A stretch of 64,000 bases of DNA from Chloropicon primus. Taxonomy: Eukaryota. Positions 51,712-62,488 of this stretch are shown here, one piece after another. Position 1 is the first letter of the stretch. Each line of letters begins with the position of its first letter. The notes beneath the pieces were generated by a model. That model saw only the letters and a list, made by a program, of their open reading frames with translations, searched no databases and was not told the origin of the DNA. Both the position numbers and the translations under genes were made by a program. The stretch covers positions 310,001-374,000 of the forward strand of contig CP060773.1 in assembly GCA_023205875.1 (NCBI GenBank), given 5' to 3'.

Positions 51712-52303
51712 ACCCTCTCTCTCTCCCTCTCCTCTCTCTCGTCTCTTCCGCCAACAGTACAGACACGACACAACTTCTTCCAGACAACGACCCACGAGCG
51801 AAGCGAGGACTCTTTCGAAAGCTCGCGACACGCCTCTTCCGCTCCGCTCTCCCTCCTCCTCTCCCTCTCCCTCTCCCTCTCCCTCTCCCTCTCCTCCTCC
51901 TCTTCCCTTCACCTCGAGCGTTTCGTTCCGCAAGTTGAAGCGTTTCTTTCTTCTTCTCCGTTCGCTTCGCTGCTGCTGCTGCTGCCGCATCACTCAAGGG
52001 AAAGAGGAGACGAGACGAGACGAGCGGAAGGATTCCGCCATTACATTGTCAGACTCCTTCCGCTTTGCTCTTTGCTCTTTGCTCTTTGCCTCTTCTCTTC
52101 TTCTTGTGTCAAGGCTAGACAAAGCTGTGAAGCTGAAGCTGGAGCTCAAGGGGAAGTCCATTACCTTTTCTTTCCTCGGGTCAAGCGCTTTGGCTGGACA
52201 ATTGACGCTTGCTTGCGTTCATCGTGGCACGGGGTCTTCCCTTGGTGGATTCTTTCGCTTGGCTTGGGTTCGGGGTCAACGCTTGACGAGGAGGAGGACG
52301 AGG

Positions 52304-53821
52304 ATGAGCAGCAAGCACAAGAGGAGTGAGAGCGTGGGTGGCTCGCCGAGTACGAGCAGGAGGGCGGAGGAGGAGAGCCCAAGCAGTTACTCTATGTGGT
52401 ACAGTCGGTACGGGAGCAATGAGGCGGAGGGTGGGGACCTGGAGGGTGGTGAGATGGAGAGGGACATGGAGGCCACGCTCACAGCGTGCGTTACGCGCTT
52501 GGGCAGGGGAGGGCAGAAGGAGGCGAGGAGGGGCTGCTTCAAGTGGAGAGCGTCGAAGGAGACGGCAGCAGCCTTGAGGGAGGAGGGATTCGCTCCCCTT
52601 GCGGACCAACCTCCAACCGATGGCTCGCTGGAATTCAAGTACCTCGTGGATGATATGATGCGAGTCGTGTACGAAGGCGCGGGGGTAAAGAAGATCGCGA
52701 GGTACAACGAGCAGAAGCTGGTGAGGTACGGCTGGATGAAGAGGAAGGTGTACAGGACAACATTCCTGGCGTCCTCTTATGGCTGGCTTCAGATTTTTTT
52801 CCTCTACGGCCTCACAGGATTCGTGGCCGCCATGGTATTCACGCTGCTCAAAGCCGTCGGAGCGAACGACAGGACGGTGGAGAGCCTTCAGAGTGGTCTG
52901 GAGATCTCCAGCACGATCGAGATCTTCGTGGCCTTCCTGTTGGGCAGTTTCATCAAGAAGACGATCGATATTTGGTGGGAGCTCAGGCACGACACCCTGC
53001 AACAGCTGATGAACGTCATCGCGGACATGTGCCTGAGAATGGCGATTTACTTTCCGGGAAAGGATTACGAGGACAGGCACGCCAGGGAGACGATCATGCG
53101 TTACGGGATCTTGAGCCTGGCCCTCTTGTTCCAGGATGCGAAGAAGGTGGACATATGGAAGAAGAGACAAGCACGGGGCTGCGGCGTGTTGAACTTGGAC
53201 CACTTGCAGAGGGACAAGCTCCTGACGTCCAGGGAGGCCGCGCTCCTGCACAACGTTCCCGCTAAAAGCCAGATGTGCTGGGTATGGATCTCCTCCCTCT
53301 TCACCAAGTGGTGCTTGGACGGCAGGCTGCCTGACCCCCTTGGGAACCAAAACTCGATGCTGCAGTACAGCGAAGAAGCGAGGAACGCCATCTCCACCAT
53401 ACTCGCGCAGCTCACGATGCAGTTCCCTCTGAGCTATTCCTACCTCATCGTTTTCTTCTGCAAGGTTTACATGGGGACGTTGGCCGTCGAAGCTGGAGTG
53501 ACGGCGGGGTCCTCCCTCCTTCAGGGCCAAACCAATTACGCTACGCTGTTGACAAAATGCTTTGCACTCACAGTGTCGCCCATTGTGTACCAAGGGCTGC
53601 TGGAGCTGAAGGAGAGGGTGAGCAATCCCTTCAGGAACAATATGCAGGACTACAGCCTCAAAATGTTCCACGCTCGGCTCAGGAATGAATGCACCGGATT
53701 CTTCAAGTGCGCCATGGAGCCCCCGTACACGACGCCGGAGGATCCCGAGCCCTCCAGGCTTCCTCCTCAGTTCATCGAGCGTCAAGTGAACACCGCCATG
53801 TACGACTTCGACGTGTATTAG
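52304..53821 (+). CDS. Bestrophin-family (RFP-TM) anion channel
   Basis: FVAFLLGSFIKKTIDIWWELR, FPLSYSYLIVFF and YQGLLELKERVSNPF correspond to bestrophin FvLGfyv..RWW, PLvYtqvv and y.GwL.va..l.NPF. Several hydrophobic helices are present. The likely start is MSSKHKRS at 52304. Confidence 0.82.
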   Translation: MSSKHKRSESVGGSPSTSRRAEEESPSSYSMWYSRYGSNEAEGGDLEGGEMERDMEATLTACVTRLGRGGQKEARRGCFKWRASKETAAALREEGFAPLADQPPTDGSLEFKYLVDDMMRVVYEGAGVKKIARYNEQKLVRYGWMKRKVYRTTFLASSYGWLQIFFLYGLTGFVAAMVFTLLKAVGANDRTVESLQSGLEISSTIEIFVAFLLGSFIKKTIDIWWELRHDTLQQLMNVIADMCLRMAIYFPGKDYEDRHARETIMRYGILSLALLFQDAKKVDIWKKRQARGCGVLNLDHLQRDKLLTSREAALLHNVPAKSQMCWVWISSLFTKWCLDGRLPDPLGNQNSMLQYSEEARNAISTILAQLTMQFPLSYSYLIVFFCKVYMGTLAVEAGVTAGSSLLQGQTNYATLLTKCFALTVSPIVYQGLLELKERVSNPFRNNMQDYSLKMFHARLRNECTGFFKCAMEPPYTTPEDPEPSRLPPQFIERQVNTAMYDFDVY

Positions 53822-53920
53822 CTCAATCCGATGGAGATGGAGAGAGAGGGGGGGGGAAGGGAGAGGGGGCGAGCGATTGGGTGCTTCGCAGTTCTCTTGG
53901 GCTTACATTCTCTTGGGTTA

Positions 53921-54580
53921 TTATTCGTTCTTATTCTGAGACTTGTCCTCTCCGAAGGGCGCTTTGGAGGCGAGCATTTTCAATGCCAGGAGGAGTGGCA
54001 TGACCAAGTAGGGCAAGTAAATGCCAGTGAGCGTCAGCCTTTCCACGTCCGAGAGCTTGGCGTCGCTGTTCAGCCACAGTGATCCTAAAATTGGAACCAG
54101 TGTCGTCGCCGTGTGTATGCCGTACATCAGCGCCGGCTTGCGGGAAGGAGGGGAAACAGACAAGGAGGTTCTCGTCAGCGCGCAGGGAAAGGGAGCCAAT
54201 GGCATGTGGAGCAGGGGACTCACCAGTCGGATCCAATTCTTGGAACAAACGAAAGCATAAGTCGCTGCCAGGAAGAAGGGCACCTGCAAAAGGAGTTCGC
54301 ACCATATGATAGACCTCAGCCACGCCGGGCACGTTCCCATCAAAGGGTCCTTGAAGTTGTCCAGATGAAACTGCAGAAGGTCATGGCAAGCTTTTGGAAA
54401 GTACTCCGCCGGAAGGATGCATTGGCAATCCACGAACAAAGTGGTTGGCACGTGAGTCACGAAGAATATCACGAATACGAGGTCCAGGGGCCTCTGAAAT
54501 ATAGAAACCTTCTTCTTCTTTCCTCCGAGGGACAGCGGGTGAGCCGCTATGCTCCATCGCCGATTCGGTGCCGACGACAT
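53921..54580 (-). CDS. TMEM97/sigma-2 receptor-like EXPERA-domain membrane protein; exons 54580-54224 and 54136-53921
   Basis: Motifs FFVTHVPTTLFVDCQ, DPLM...PAWLRSIIWCELLLQVPFF, YGIHTATT and IYLPYLVMP. There is an 87-nt in-frame GTGAGT...AAG intron. Confidence 0.88.
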   Translation of the reverse strand: MSSAPNRRWSIAAHPLSLGGKKKKVSIFQRPLDLVFVIFFVTHVPTTLFVDCQCILPAEYFPKACHDLLQFHLDNFKDPLMGTCPAWLRSIIWCELLLQVPFFLAATYAFVCSKNWIRLVSPLLHMPLAPFPCALTRTSLSVSPPSRKPALMYGIHTATTLVPILGSLWLNSDAKLSDVERLTLTGIYLPYLVMPLLLALKMLASKAPFGEDKSQNKNE

Positions 54581-54962
54581 CCTCCTCCAACGATGCTCCT
54601 CCTCGCTCTTCCTGACGAGTCCACGAGTCAAGTCAGCACAAACGATTTCCTTTCCTTTCCTTTCCTTTCGTTTCCTCTCGTTTCGTTTCGGCTTCCGCGA
54701 GTGAGTGAGGGTCATCCGAGAGAGAGAAGGCCACGATGCTTCCGCCTGTCATCGCCATCCCTCCTCCCTCCCTCCTTCTCGGCCGCGTCTGCCGTCCTAA
54801 ACAAACACAACTCACTCACCTCACCTCCCTCGTCCTCGTCCCTTCTTCCCGCCACGTGCCGTGCTGGCGGATTGAAGGCCAAGATAGTGAGGATGAGGAG
54901 GAGGATGAGGTGAGGATGAGGAGGAGATGATGTAATGATAATTGTTGTTCAATTCGTTTGGT

Positions 54963-57062
54963 TTACTCTTTCAACTCCTTCCTTTCCTTCATCTCTTCCC
55001 TTTCCCTTTCCCTTTTCCTTTTGGCCAAAGCGGCGCTCCACGTCTCGTGCGTGGCCAAGAACTTGGCGACTTGCTCCTCGGGGAGGTTGCCGTGCCACTC
55101 CTTCAGCTCCTCCTCGAACGTGGACCAATCCTCGTGGTCCACGAAACTGCCCAGGGCGGGAAGCATCTGCTCCACCTCGAAGGCTTGCTGGATCTCCTTG
55201 CCCGCAGGCGTCATCTCCAGCTTGTCGTCCTCGTCCCTGTTCTTGAAGTCCTCTCGCGCGAACGGAAGGAAGTTGAGGTCTTTCAGCACCAAGGTGTGGG
55301 CAGGCGCGAAAGGCAAGGACACATTTGCCGGCGCCGAAAGCACTGCATCCCACGAAACGAAAGCAGCAGCAAAAGCAGAAGGAGATCTGTCAGGCACGAC
55401 CGTGACCGCGTTCGCGGCGTTCGACTCGATAGGATTCGTCACTGGTGGTGAACTCACCTGCGGAAATGAAATTCGTCGGGACCATGTTCCTATACGCTGC
55501 AATCATGAGGCCGACCATGTGCCTGATTTGGTGGTACATGAACGATTCTCCCTGAATCGTAACCCTCAGCGCGAGCCTCTTCTCGCCGTCGCTTTTCCCC
55601 AAATTGGTCAGGCGCGCGCCGCAGCTCACCTCATGCATGTGCCTGTAGTGCGACCTGTCCAGCTTGGTCTTCCTGTTGAAAGTGTGAAACCACCTCACGT
55701 TGTCGCAGAACTTCTCGACTTCGACTTCCCTCTCGGCCGAGTCGCCGCCCTCCTTCCCCACCGTGGATGGCTCCTCTCCCCGCTCCTCCCGCTCCGCTCC
55801 TCCCTCCGCCGCAGCCCCTCCCCCCTCCGCCGATCTGTCCCGCTTCACCTTGTCATGCTTCTCGTACAGCCTCTTCTTGAGCTTGTCCCTGTGCTTCTTC
55901 GTGTACAGCCGTCGCTCCGTGAAGTTGTGGTAAGGCTTGAACCCACAAAACAGAGGCAGAACGTTCGAGTTGAAGTCGGTCAAGGACTTCTCCACTTCCG
56001 CCGGGGAGACGCACTCGCCGTTCTCATCGATGGCTATGCCAAGCACAGGGGCTGGAATGTAAAACTGGTACGTTCTCTTGTTGCAGAAGGCCCTCGGAGC
56101 AAAGCCCTTTGTCACCGGCGTGACGGAGAATACGCGCAACTTCCGGGGCAACTCATCGTTGACCTTTTCTACCAACTCCTTCCCGCACTTCCCATCAATC
56201 CAGTAGTTGTAAGGGCACTCCAGCTTGAGTGTCATGACATTCGCCAGGGCATGGACGCCCTTGTCCGTCCTGCTCGCCCTGTTCACCCTCACTTTCTTCT
56301 GATCAGGAAAGTTTGTCGGCAACACTCCACCCATGTCATGAAGGCCTTTGAACAGAACATACTCCAGTGTTTGTCCTTGGGCCGTGTCCTCATTGATCAT
56401 GCTCCCCTGCACAACACACACACACAATTCCAATCCAAACACAAAAGTCAACTCCGTGAGTCAGCAGGATGACCAAGCAAAGGCAATGCAGCTTGGGTTT
56501 GCATCACGTTGATGTTGATGTTGATGTTGATGTTGATGCTGTTGTTGGAAAGAGGAGAGTTCGGAACGAGGCAGGCAGGGAACGGGGATGGCATCCATTG
56601 CTCCGGATGATACTACCCGTCGATGCCTCATCTCTTCCTCTTTCGTTTGACACCTCGATGGAAAGAAATGGTGGTCAAGTGATGCGAGTGAATGGGGATT
56701 GGGGAATGACTTACGAGGTATCCTGTGCCGACGTAGCCGTAAAAGAATGCGACGTTCCTCTTCCTCGGCCTGTTCTCCCACTCCCTTGTCCCTTCCTTCA
56801 TCGCCTTCTTCGCTCCTCCTCCGTTGGACCTCAACACCTTTGCATCATCAACAGCATCAGCATCAGCATCAGCAACACTTTTGGCCATCCTGTTCCTGTT
56901 CTCCTCGTCGTTGCTGGCGTTGGTCATCCCAAACCCTCGCCAAGCTCGGTCAGGCGTTACGTTATTGTAACGGTCGGAGGGGTGGCGAGGCGTGTGGTGG
57001 CTGCGAGGGCGGCGAGGTCCAAGTCCCAGGCGATGGAGGCGGAGTCTCATCACCTGCTGCAT
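54963..57062 (-). CDS. tRNA pseudouridine synthase (TruA/Pus1 family); exons 57062-56715, 56406-55458, 55342-54963 (558 aa)
   Basis: Motifs NVAFFYGYVGTGY, catalytic RASRTDKGVHA, FCNKRTYQFY, GESFMYHQIRHMVG and LPFAPAHTLVL. Both introns have canonical ends and consistent phases (1677 nt total). Confidence 0.92.
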
Positions 57063-57087
57063 CGAATCCTGCCTTATCTCTCTCTAT

Positions 57088-57420
57088 CTCTGTGTGCTCA
57101 TGGGAATGCTGAGAGAGAGAGAGGGAGAGAAGAGAGGGATGATGATGATGATGGTGATGGTGATGGAGGTGATGAGAAGGAGAGAAGGGCATTGTCCTCC
57201 TCCTCTCTCTCTGTCTGTCTGTCTGTCTTTCTCTCTCTCTCTGTGTGCTCATGGGAATGCTGAGAGAGAGAGAGGGAGAGAAGAGAGGGATGATGATGAT
57301 GATGGTGATGGTGATGAGAAGGAGAGAAGGGCATTGTCCTCCTCCTCTCTCTCTCTCTCTCTCTGCCTGCCTGTCTCTCTCTCTGTCTGCTCATGGGGAA
57401 TGCTGAGAGAGAGGGAGAGG
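57088..57420. repeat. Intergenic ~140-150-bp imperfect tandem duplication (about 2.3 copies) built from GA/GAT/CT microsatellites
   Basis: The block gtgctcatgggaatgctgagagagag...gatgatgat...gagaaggagagaagggcattgtcctcctcctctctc recurs at about 57095 and 57245, with a partial copy at 57390. Confidence 0.85.
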
Positions 57421-57505
57421 GAGTGGAGCGAGTGAGTGAGTGATGATGATGGAGATGATCCTGGGTCATCGATTGTGTACAGTGAAGCGATGCCCTCCTT
57501 TTAAG

Positions 57506-57656
57506 CTACTTGATCTTAACCAGCTCGATCTCGAAGAGCAAAGGCTCGTTGCAGTGGTTGAGGAGCTGCCTCTTCGTGGCGAAAGTCGGCGGCAGCGGCT
57601 CCAACTCGAGCTGCTTTGGCTGCTTCTGGAACTCCTGCTCCCCGGTACTGGACATG

Positions 57657-57699
<43 letters not shown>

Positions 57700-58344
57700 C
57701 AACGTCAGGAGGAGGACAAGAGCGAGAAGCGAATAGAGGCACACTTACTACCCTAGCCTGGGAGGAATCAGCGCTCTTCGTTTCCCTCCCTTCCTCATCC
57801 CTCGCACGACGTCGCTCAGACCCGGTATGACCGTCTCGGAGCCCACCTTGAAGAGAAAGGGCTCCGTTGGTACGTCCGATGGCTGAAAGGAGACACCTTG
57901 GATGGTGCCGTAGATGAAGTAGCCATTCGATCGCCGAAGCACGTAATCAATCTCCACAACGTCCCCCTCCTTCACAGCTCTCTCTTCCTTTGGGTTCGGG
58001 CCAAGGTACACATCCTCGAATGGGACGCCGAGCTTGGTTCGCTCGTACTTCCCCTCCTCAGCAGCGCAGGGACCCTCCTCGAGCCCAAGGACTCCACAAA
58101 CAAGCAATCCGAGACTCACGGACCTGCGACCTGCAAGCCCAGCACCATCACCAACACCATCACCACCATCAACATCTGTCTGTCTCCTCCTCTCTGCCGA
58201 TGATGTTGATGCGACACGACGACTACGACGACTACGACGACTACGAAGATGAAGATGCTGGTGCCGCTGTTGTGGCGAGTCGAGGAAGCCTCGTGTGGTG
58301 GCTCCGGCTCCCCCTCCGCGTGCGCACGTACTCACTCCGTCCAT
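57506..58344 (-). CDS. Chloroplast thylakoid-lumen FKBP-type peptidyl-prolyl isomerase (FKBP16-1-like); exons 58344-57749 and 57647-57506
   Basis: Arg/Ser-rich transit peptide, twin-Arg signal RRSVSLGLLVCG, then YVLRRSNGYF, GMRKGGKRRALIPPRLGY and LLNHCNEPLLFEIELVK. A GTAAGT...CAG intron splits the Tyr codon. Confidence 0.88.
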
Positions 58345-58516
58345 ATCGATCGCGCAAACACCAAAGCCACCCTGGCCTCACGTGTTCAGATCAGCATTGT
58401 GGCCAAGACAAGGCCGGGTGTGGTGAGATGATGATGATGATGAACATCAAGCCGATTGCTTGTTTTTGCGTTACCTTTTGTGTCTTTAAATTACAGTTGT
58501 GTTGATAATTATAAGT

Positions 58517-61500
58517 TTACCTGGAGCTTGTCCGAGGACGGTGCGACCCGTGCTTGTCCCTGCTCGGCGCACTGTGCTTCTCCCTGTTCGCCGGATCGAG
58601 GTACTTCTCCGGGTGAGAGAACTTGCAGGCAGCTCCGAACTTGCACACGCCATTCCTGGCAAAGTGGCCGCATTCGGGCTGGTTGGGCCTCAACGGGTAG
58701 CCGATGCTGTTCCTTCCGACCTTGTACTCGGGCGGGTGGTCGAACCTGCAAGTTTTGCAGTACCTGCACCAACCGGATTTCACAAAATATTCACACACGG
58801 GTTCTCCTGGCCTCCTTGGGTACTCCTCGTCTTCCTTGACGAGCTCCGCCGCGCTGCCCGCATCGTTGTACAGGTCGAGGGGACGAGTCTCCTCCATGCA
58901 GAAGGGCACCATGTCGCCCGGGGTGACATCGTCTGGAAAGTACCTCTGAAGCAGGGGGTCGGACCTGAGATTCTTGCAAGCAAAACTGTACAACGCCATG
59001 AACAACTTGGGGAAGGTGGTCGCAAAGTACGTGTACACGCCGTTGGGCACCGGGCCCAAGATCTCCTTCACCTCGTCGCTGTTGTCCCTGTAGTGCCCCA
59101 CCTTGTTCCTGATCATTCGCATCAGGTCTCTCAAACTGTACACAGAGTAATTCCGGAACTGCTTCGATTCCTCCCACAGGATCTTGTCGATCTGCTTGTG
59201 CCAAGGTCTTCTGTTGAGCACCTCGTTCCCGTAATTCTCCAGAGACCTCAACAGAGCAGGATTCGTCACCGTGTCCTCCTTCTCCATGCGGTGGCTCAAG
59301 TTCACGATGAAGTTCACCCTCCTCTCAAAATCCCACCAAAAGGGGTGAGCCATGACCGCCTTCATCTTCGGCCTTTCTCGGGGATTCTTCGTGATCATGG
59401 CGTACACAAGGTTGTTGGCTTCGTACCAGCTGATGTAGGCGATCCTAAGCAGGGTATCCGCCGTCCTGGGCCTGGAGGAGACGGGGTGCACCTTCTCCCT
59501 CGACTTTCGCCTCCAAGTGGGGACATAGACCTCCGGCTTGCGTTCCTTGCCATCAGCCTCAGCTTGGCACGTATCCCCCTGCCCCTTCTCCCCGGCGGCT
59601 TCATCGTTTGCGCCCTCTCCGGCGTCCCCTTCCTTCCTGTCGCCAGGTCCATCTCCCGCCGCGTCAGAGTCGCCGTCCTTGCTCTCTTCGCTCCCCAGCT
59701 CCTTCGGCCCTTCCGCCGCCTTGGCCCGCCTCCACTTGTCCGCCTCCCTGCCGTCGTCCCCCCCCAAATACATCCTCAGCATACTCATCGGCTTCAGGTC
59801 GAACTTTGCGTTGAGGATGTTGTGGTCCCTCTGAACAATGTGGTCTCCGAAAGGATGGTGCCTCGTCAAGGTGTAAAAGATGATGCATCCGAAAGAGAAG
59901 ACGTCCACGGCCTTGGTGTGCCGAATGCCGCTCGTGCTGCATTCCGCAGAATCGTTGGAATCGCCACCCTTGCTGGTGCTGCTGTTCATGCCCCCAGACT
60001 CCTCTTCTGGGACGGGCTTCAGAGACCCGGGCCGATCCTGCAAATTCGCGAGAGACGACTGCCTCTGGAGCTGCTGCTGCTTCTGCAGGAGCACCTCTGG
60101 CGCCTGCCAGCCCGACGATCCCATCCCCGTCCCATCAAAGGAGCTCTGCTCCGCTTGAAGCTGCTTGCTCAGGCCCATGTCGGACACCTTTGCCTTGTTT
60201 GCGCTCGTGAGCAGCACGTTCTGTGGTTTGAGGTCCCTGTGCACGATTCCCATGTCGTGCAAAGCCCTTATGGCCTTCCCGATGTCCGAGATCATTTCGA
60301 GCAGCACCGGCGGAACGACGATGCGGACCACATCAAAGTCCTGGCACACGATGCCTCTGTTCCGGGCAACGTCCTGTCGGCTCGTCATCCGCAAAGGCAC
60401 GACCCCGGAGACCATTTTCTTGAACTTTTGCGAGTTGACAAACTCGTGAAGAGTCCCTTGGCACCTTTCAAGAGCTAGGTAGATGAATTCCTCGTCCTGT
60501 TCCATCGCGAAACAACGCAAAACACTTGGGTGGGCATCCGAAACGATCAGGGCCTTGATCTCCTTCTCTGCCATGTGGAAGAACTCCCTGAGCAAGCGCT
60601 TGACAGCGACTTCCCTGTGATTCAGAGATCCCTCAAAGACGATCGTGCCTGCGCTGCCGTAACCCAGAATTTTGGGCGAAACAATCAAGTTCCCAATCAT
60701 CACCTCCTCGTTGGCAATCTTCTTCCGGTTGCTCAGTGGACTTTGCATCTCTGTTTTCTCCATCTTCTCGATCTTCTCCATCTCCTCCCGCAGCCGTTTC
60801 TGGGTGTTCTCGATGTTCGAGTAATACTCGTACAGGTAGCCACCAAAGGTGAACAGGACTGCGATCAGCAACGTCATGAGTGCCATGTAAAACGTTGTCC
60901 ACTTGCTGCCCTCAGGATCCTTCCTGGCAAGAGCGTTCGCGTCCAGTTCGTTTCCCTTCTTTTCGCCTTCCTTCTTCGCTTTTTTGTTTGTGAAAAAGGC
61001 AGGCAAGCTCTCCATGGTCTGCACGTCCTTCGACCCATCCTCAAGGGGAAACGTCATGAGCGACTTTCCCCCTCCCCTCACGTCCATAACGCTGGATAGC
61101 CGAGATCCTATCTCTCTTGGAACCGCCAAGGCATTGCTCCCCCTTCCCCCGTCAGGTTCCTTGCCAGGGCCAAGCCTCAAGTCATTCTTCAGGTTTGGCA
61201 TGATGAATATCCCACCGGTATGAATTCCAACGAGAATGTTCCCCTCCTCTCCACGAGACTCGTCCGACCACAGCTTGATGTTGTGCACGTGGCCCGAGAT
61301 GGAGTCCGACAAAGAAGCAGACACCGGCGTGGAATCAAGCTGCTCCGACCACAACTGCGCCATGTTCTCACGAGTGTTGGCGACTCGAATTGTGTTGTCG
61401 ATGGTCGTGAAAACCCTCAGAGTTTCCGCAAGCTTGGAAAATTGCTTCATGTGGGGCCCGTTGAGAAGCTTGTCGCCAGAGAGATCTCTGTCCGGCTTGA

Positions 61501-62488
61501 AAGGGTCTTCCCCGCCCAACATCGCGAGGCCTTCTGAAGCAGAAAGTTGTTTGCAATCTGTGTACGAAACGTTCCAGAGCTCTTCATTGTGTTTGTGATT
61601 GAAGGCTTTGATCACGTACTCTGTCCTGCTCAGCAGCACGGGCTGCAATTTATCCATCACGTCTTCACCCGCTGAGACCCCCTTCCCCTCCACGCCTTTC
61701 ACTTTGGGCAACGCCAAGCCGCCGTCGGTATGGACGTCTTCCCTTCCCCCCCTCTTCCTGTTGACCAGGCCCAAGTTTTGCGTGGACTGCTGTCCGCTTC
61801 CCACGCCACCCACAGAGTCTTCCAGCACTATCTTGGCAAAGTGTTTGTCGAATATCTCGCTCACTTTTGCTGGCGACTGCAGATCGTCTGAAGTGATCTT
61901 CGACAAGACTTCCCCCGTGAGTGGGTGAATCACGAAAACCGTGTCCCTCTTCGACCCCAAAACGATACTGCCGTCCCCCGCGATGTTCGGGCTCACCTGG
62001 ACAACGTCCGACGCCTTCACCCCAAGCTTCTGTATCGCCTGACTGCCGAGCCTTATCGAGTACAACTGCCCGTCCACCCCTGGAACAATTGCTGCCTTGG
62101 GGGACAAGTCCGAGCTCCTTTGCGGCGTGATCGATGTCCTCACCAGCGCTCCTTCCGTCTCCGACTCCCACAGCTTCTCCCCACTCAAGGCGTCAAACGC
62201 ATGAACCCTCCCGTCCACCGTCTCCACCAAGACAGACACCTGCATCGGCAAGGCAGACTCATCGCTCTCTTCCCCGGCACTCCCTCCCCTCCTCGCTCGA
62301 CCTGCACCTTTCTGTCGCGTTTGACTCGTCGTCGTCGGAACGTTTGACACCAAAGCGGCTTGTCTGAAAGGCGTCGAGGCGTGGGCAACCAAGTGCGAGT
62401 GCGAGGCCAAGCAAACCGCCAGAATCCCCACAAGAGCGAACGCAAGCTGACGGAAACGCAGCCGTCCCCGTCGATGCTCCTTGATCAT
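58517..62488 (-). CDS. IRE1: IRE1 ER-stress sensor kinase/endoribonuclease with two C-terminal CCCH zinc fingers
   Basis: Signal peptide, luminal domain (TVDGRVHAFD...LW, PGVDGQLY) and a TM helix. Kinase motifs LGYGSAGTIVF, VAVKRL, HRDLKPQNVL, DMGLSK and GSSGWQAPE, then KEN RNase motifs HPFWW and DLMRMIRNKVGHY. First ATG at 62488. Confidence 0.95.
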   Translation of the reverse strand: MIKEHRRGRLRFRQLAFALVGILAVCLASHSHLVAHASTPFRQAALVSNVPTTTSQTRQKGAGRARRGGSAGEESDESALPMQVSVLVETVDGRVHAFDALSGEKLWESETEGALVRTSITPQRSSDLSPKAAIVPGVDGQLYSIRLGSQAIQKLGVKASDVVQVSPNIAGDGSIVLGSKRDTVFVIHPLTGEVLSKITSDDLQSPAKVSEIFDKHFAKIVLEDSVGGVGSGQQSTQNLGLVNRKRGGREDVHTDGGLALPKVKGVEGKGVSAGEDVMDKLQPVLLSRTEYVIKAFNHKHNEELWNVSYTDCKQLSASEGLAMLGGEDPFKPDRDLSGDKLLNGPHMKQFSKLAETLRVFTTIDNTIRVANTRENMAQLWSEQLDSTPVSASLSDSISGHVHNIKLWSDESRGEEGNILVGIHTGGIFIMPNLKNDLRLGPGKEPDGGRGSNALAVPREIGSRLSSVMDVRGGGKSLMTFPLEDGSKDVQTMESLPAFFTNKKAKKEGEKKGNELDANALARKDPEGSKWTTFYMALMTLLIAVLFTFGGYLYEYYSNIENTQKRLREEMEKIEKMEKTEMQSPLSNRKKIANEEVMIGNLIVSPKILGYGSAGTIVFEGSLNHREVAVKRLLREFFHMAEKEIKALIVSDAHPSVLRCFAMEQDEEFIYLALERCQGTLHEFVNSQKFKKMVSGVVPLRMTSRQDVARNRGIVCQDFDVVRIVVPPVLLEMISDIGKAIRALHDMGIVHRDLKPQNVLLTSANKAKVSDMGLSKQLQAEQSSFDGTGMGSSGWQAPEVLLQKQQQLQRQSSLANLQDRPGSLKPVPEEESGGMNSSTSKGGDSNDSAECSTSGIRHTKAVDVFSFGCIIFYTLTRHHPFGDHIVQRDHNILNAKFDLKPMSMLRMYLGGDDGREADKWRRAKAAEGPKELGSEESKDGDSDAAGDGPGDRKEGDAGEGANDEAAGEKGQGDTCQAEADGKERKPEVYVPTWRRKSREKVHPVSSRPRTADTLLRIAYISWYEANNLVYAMITKNPRERPKMKAVMAHPFWWDFERRVNFIVNLSHRMEKEDTVTNPALLRSLENYGNEVLNRRPWHKQIDKILWEESKQFRNYSVYSLRDLMRMIRNKVGHYRDNSDEVKEILGPVPNGVYTYFATTFPKLFMALYSFACKNLRSDPLLQRYFPDDVTPGDMVPFCMEETRPLDLYNDAGSAAELVKEDEEYPRRPGEPVCEYFVKSGWCRYCKTCRFDHPPEYKVGRNSIGYPLRPNQPECGHFARNGVCKFGAACKFSHPEKYLDPANREKHSAPSRDKHGSHRPRTSSR

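Noticed and set aside
51629..52303. N-terminal extension of the bestrophin ORF
   Set aside because: It translates CT-rich microsatellite/UTR sequence, overlaps the opposite-strand gene and has a non-ATG start.
49563..60478. Long antisense ORFs (49563..50921+, 52181..53785-, 54958..56472+, 58499..60478+)
   Set aside because: Each lies opposite a better-supported gene, which is typical of GC3-rich coding DNA.
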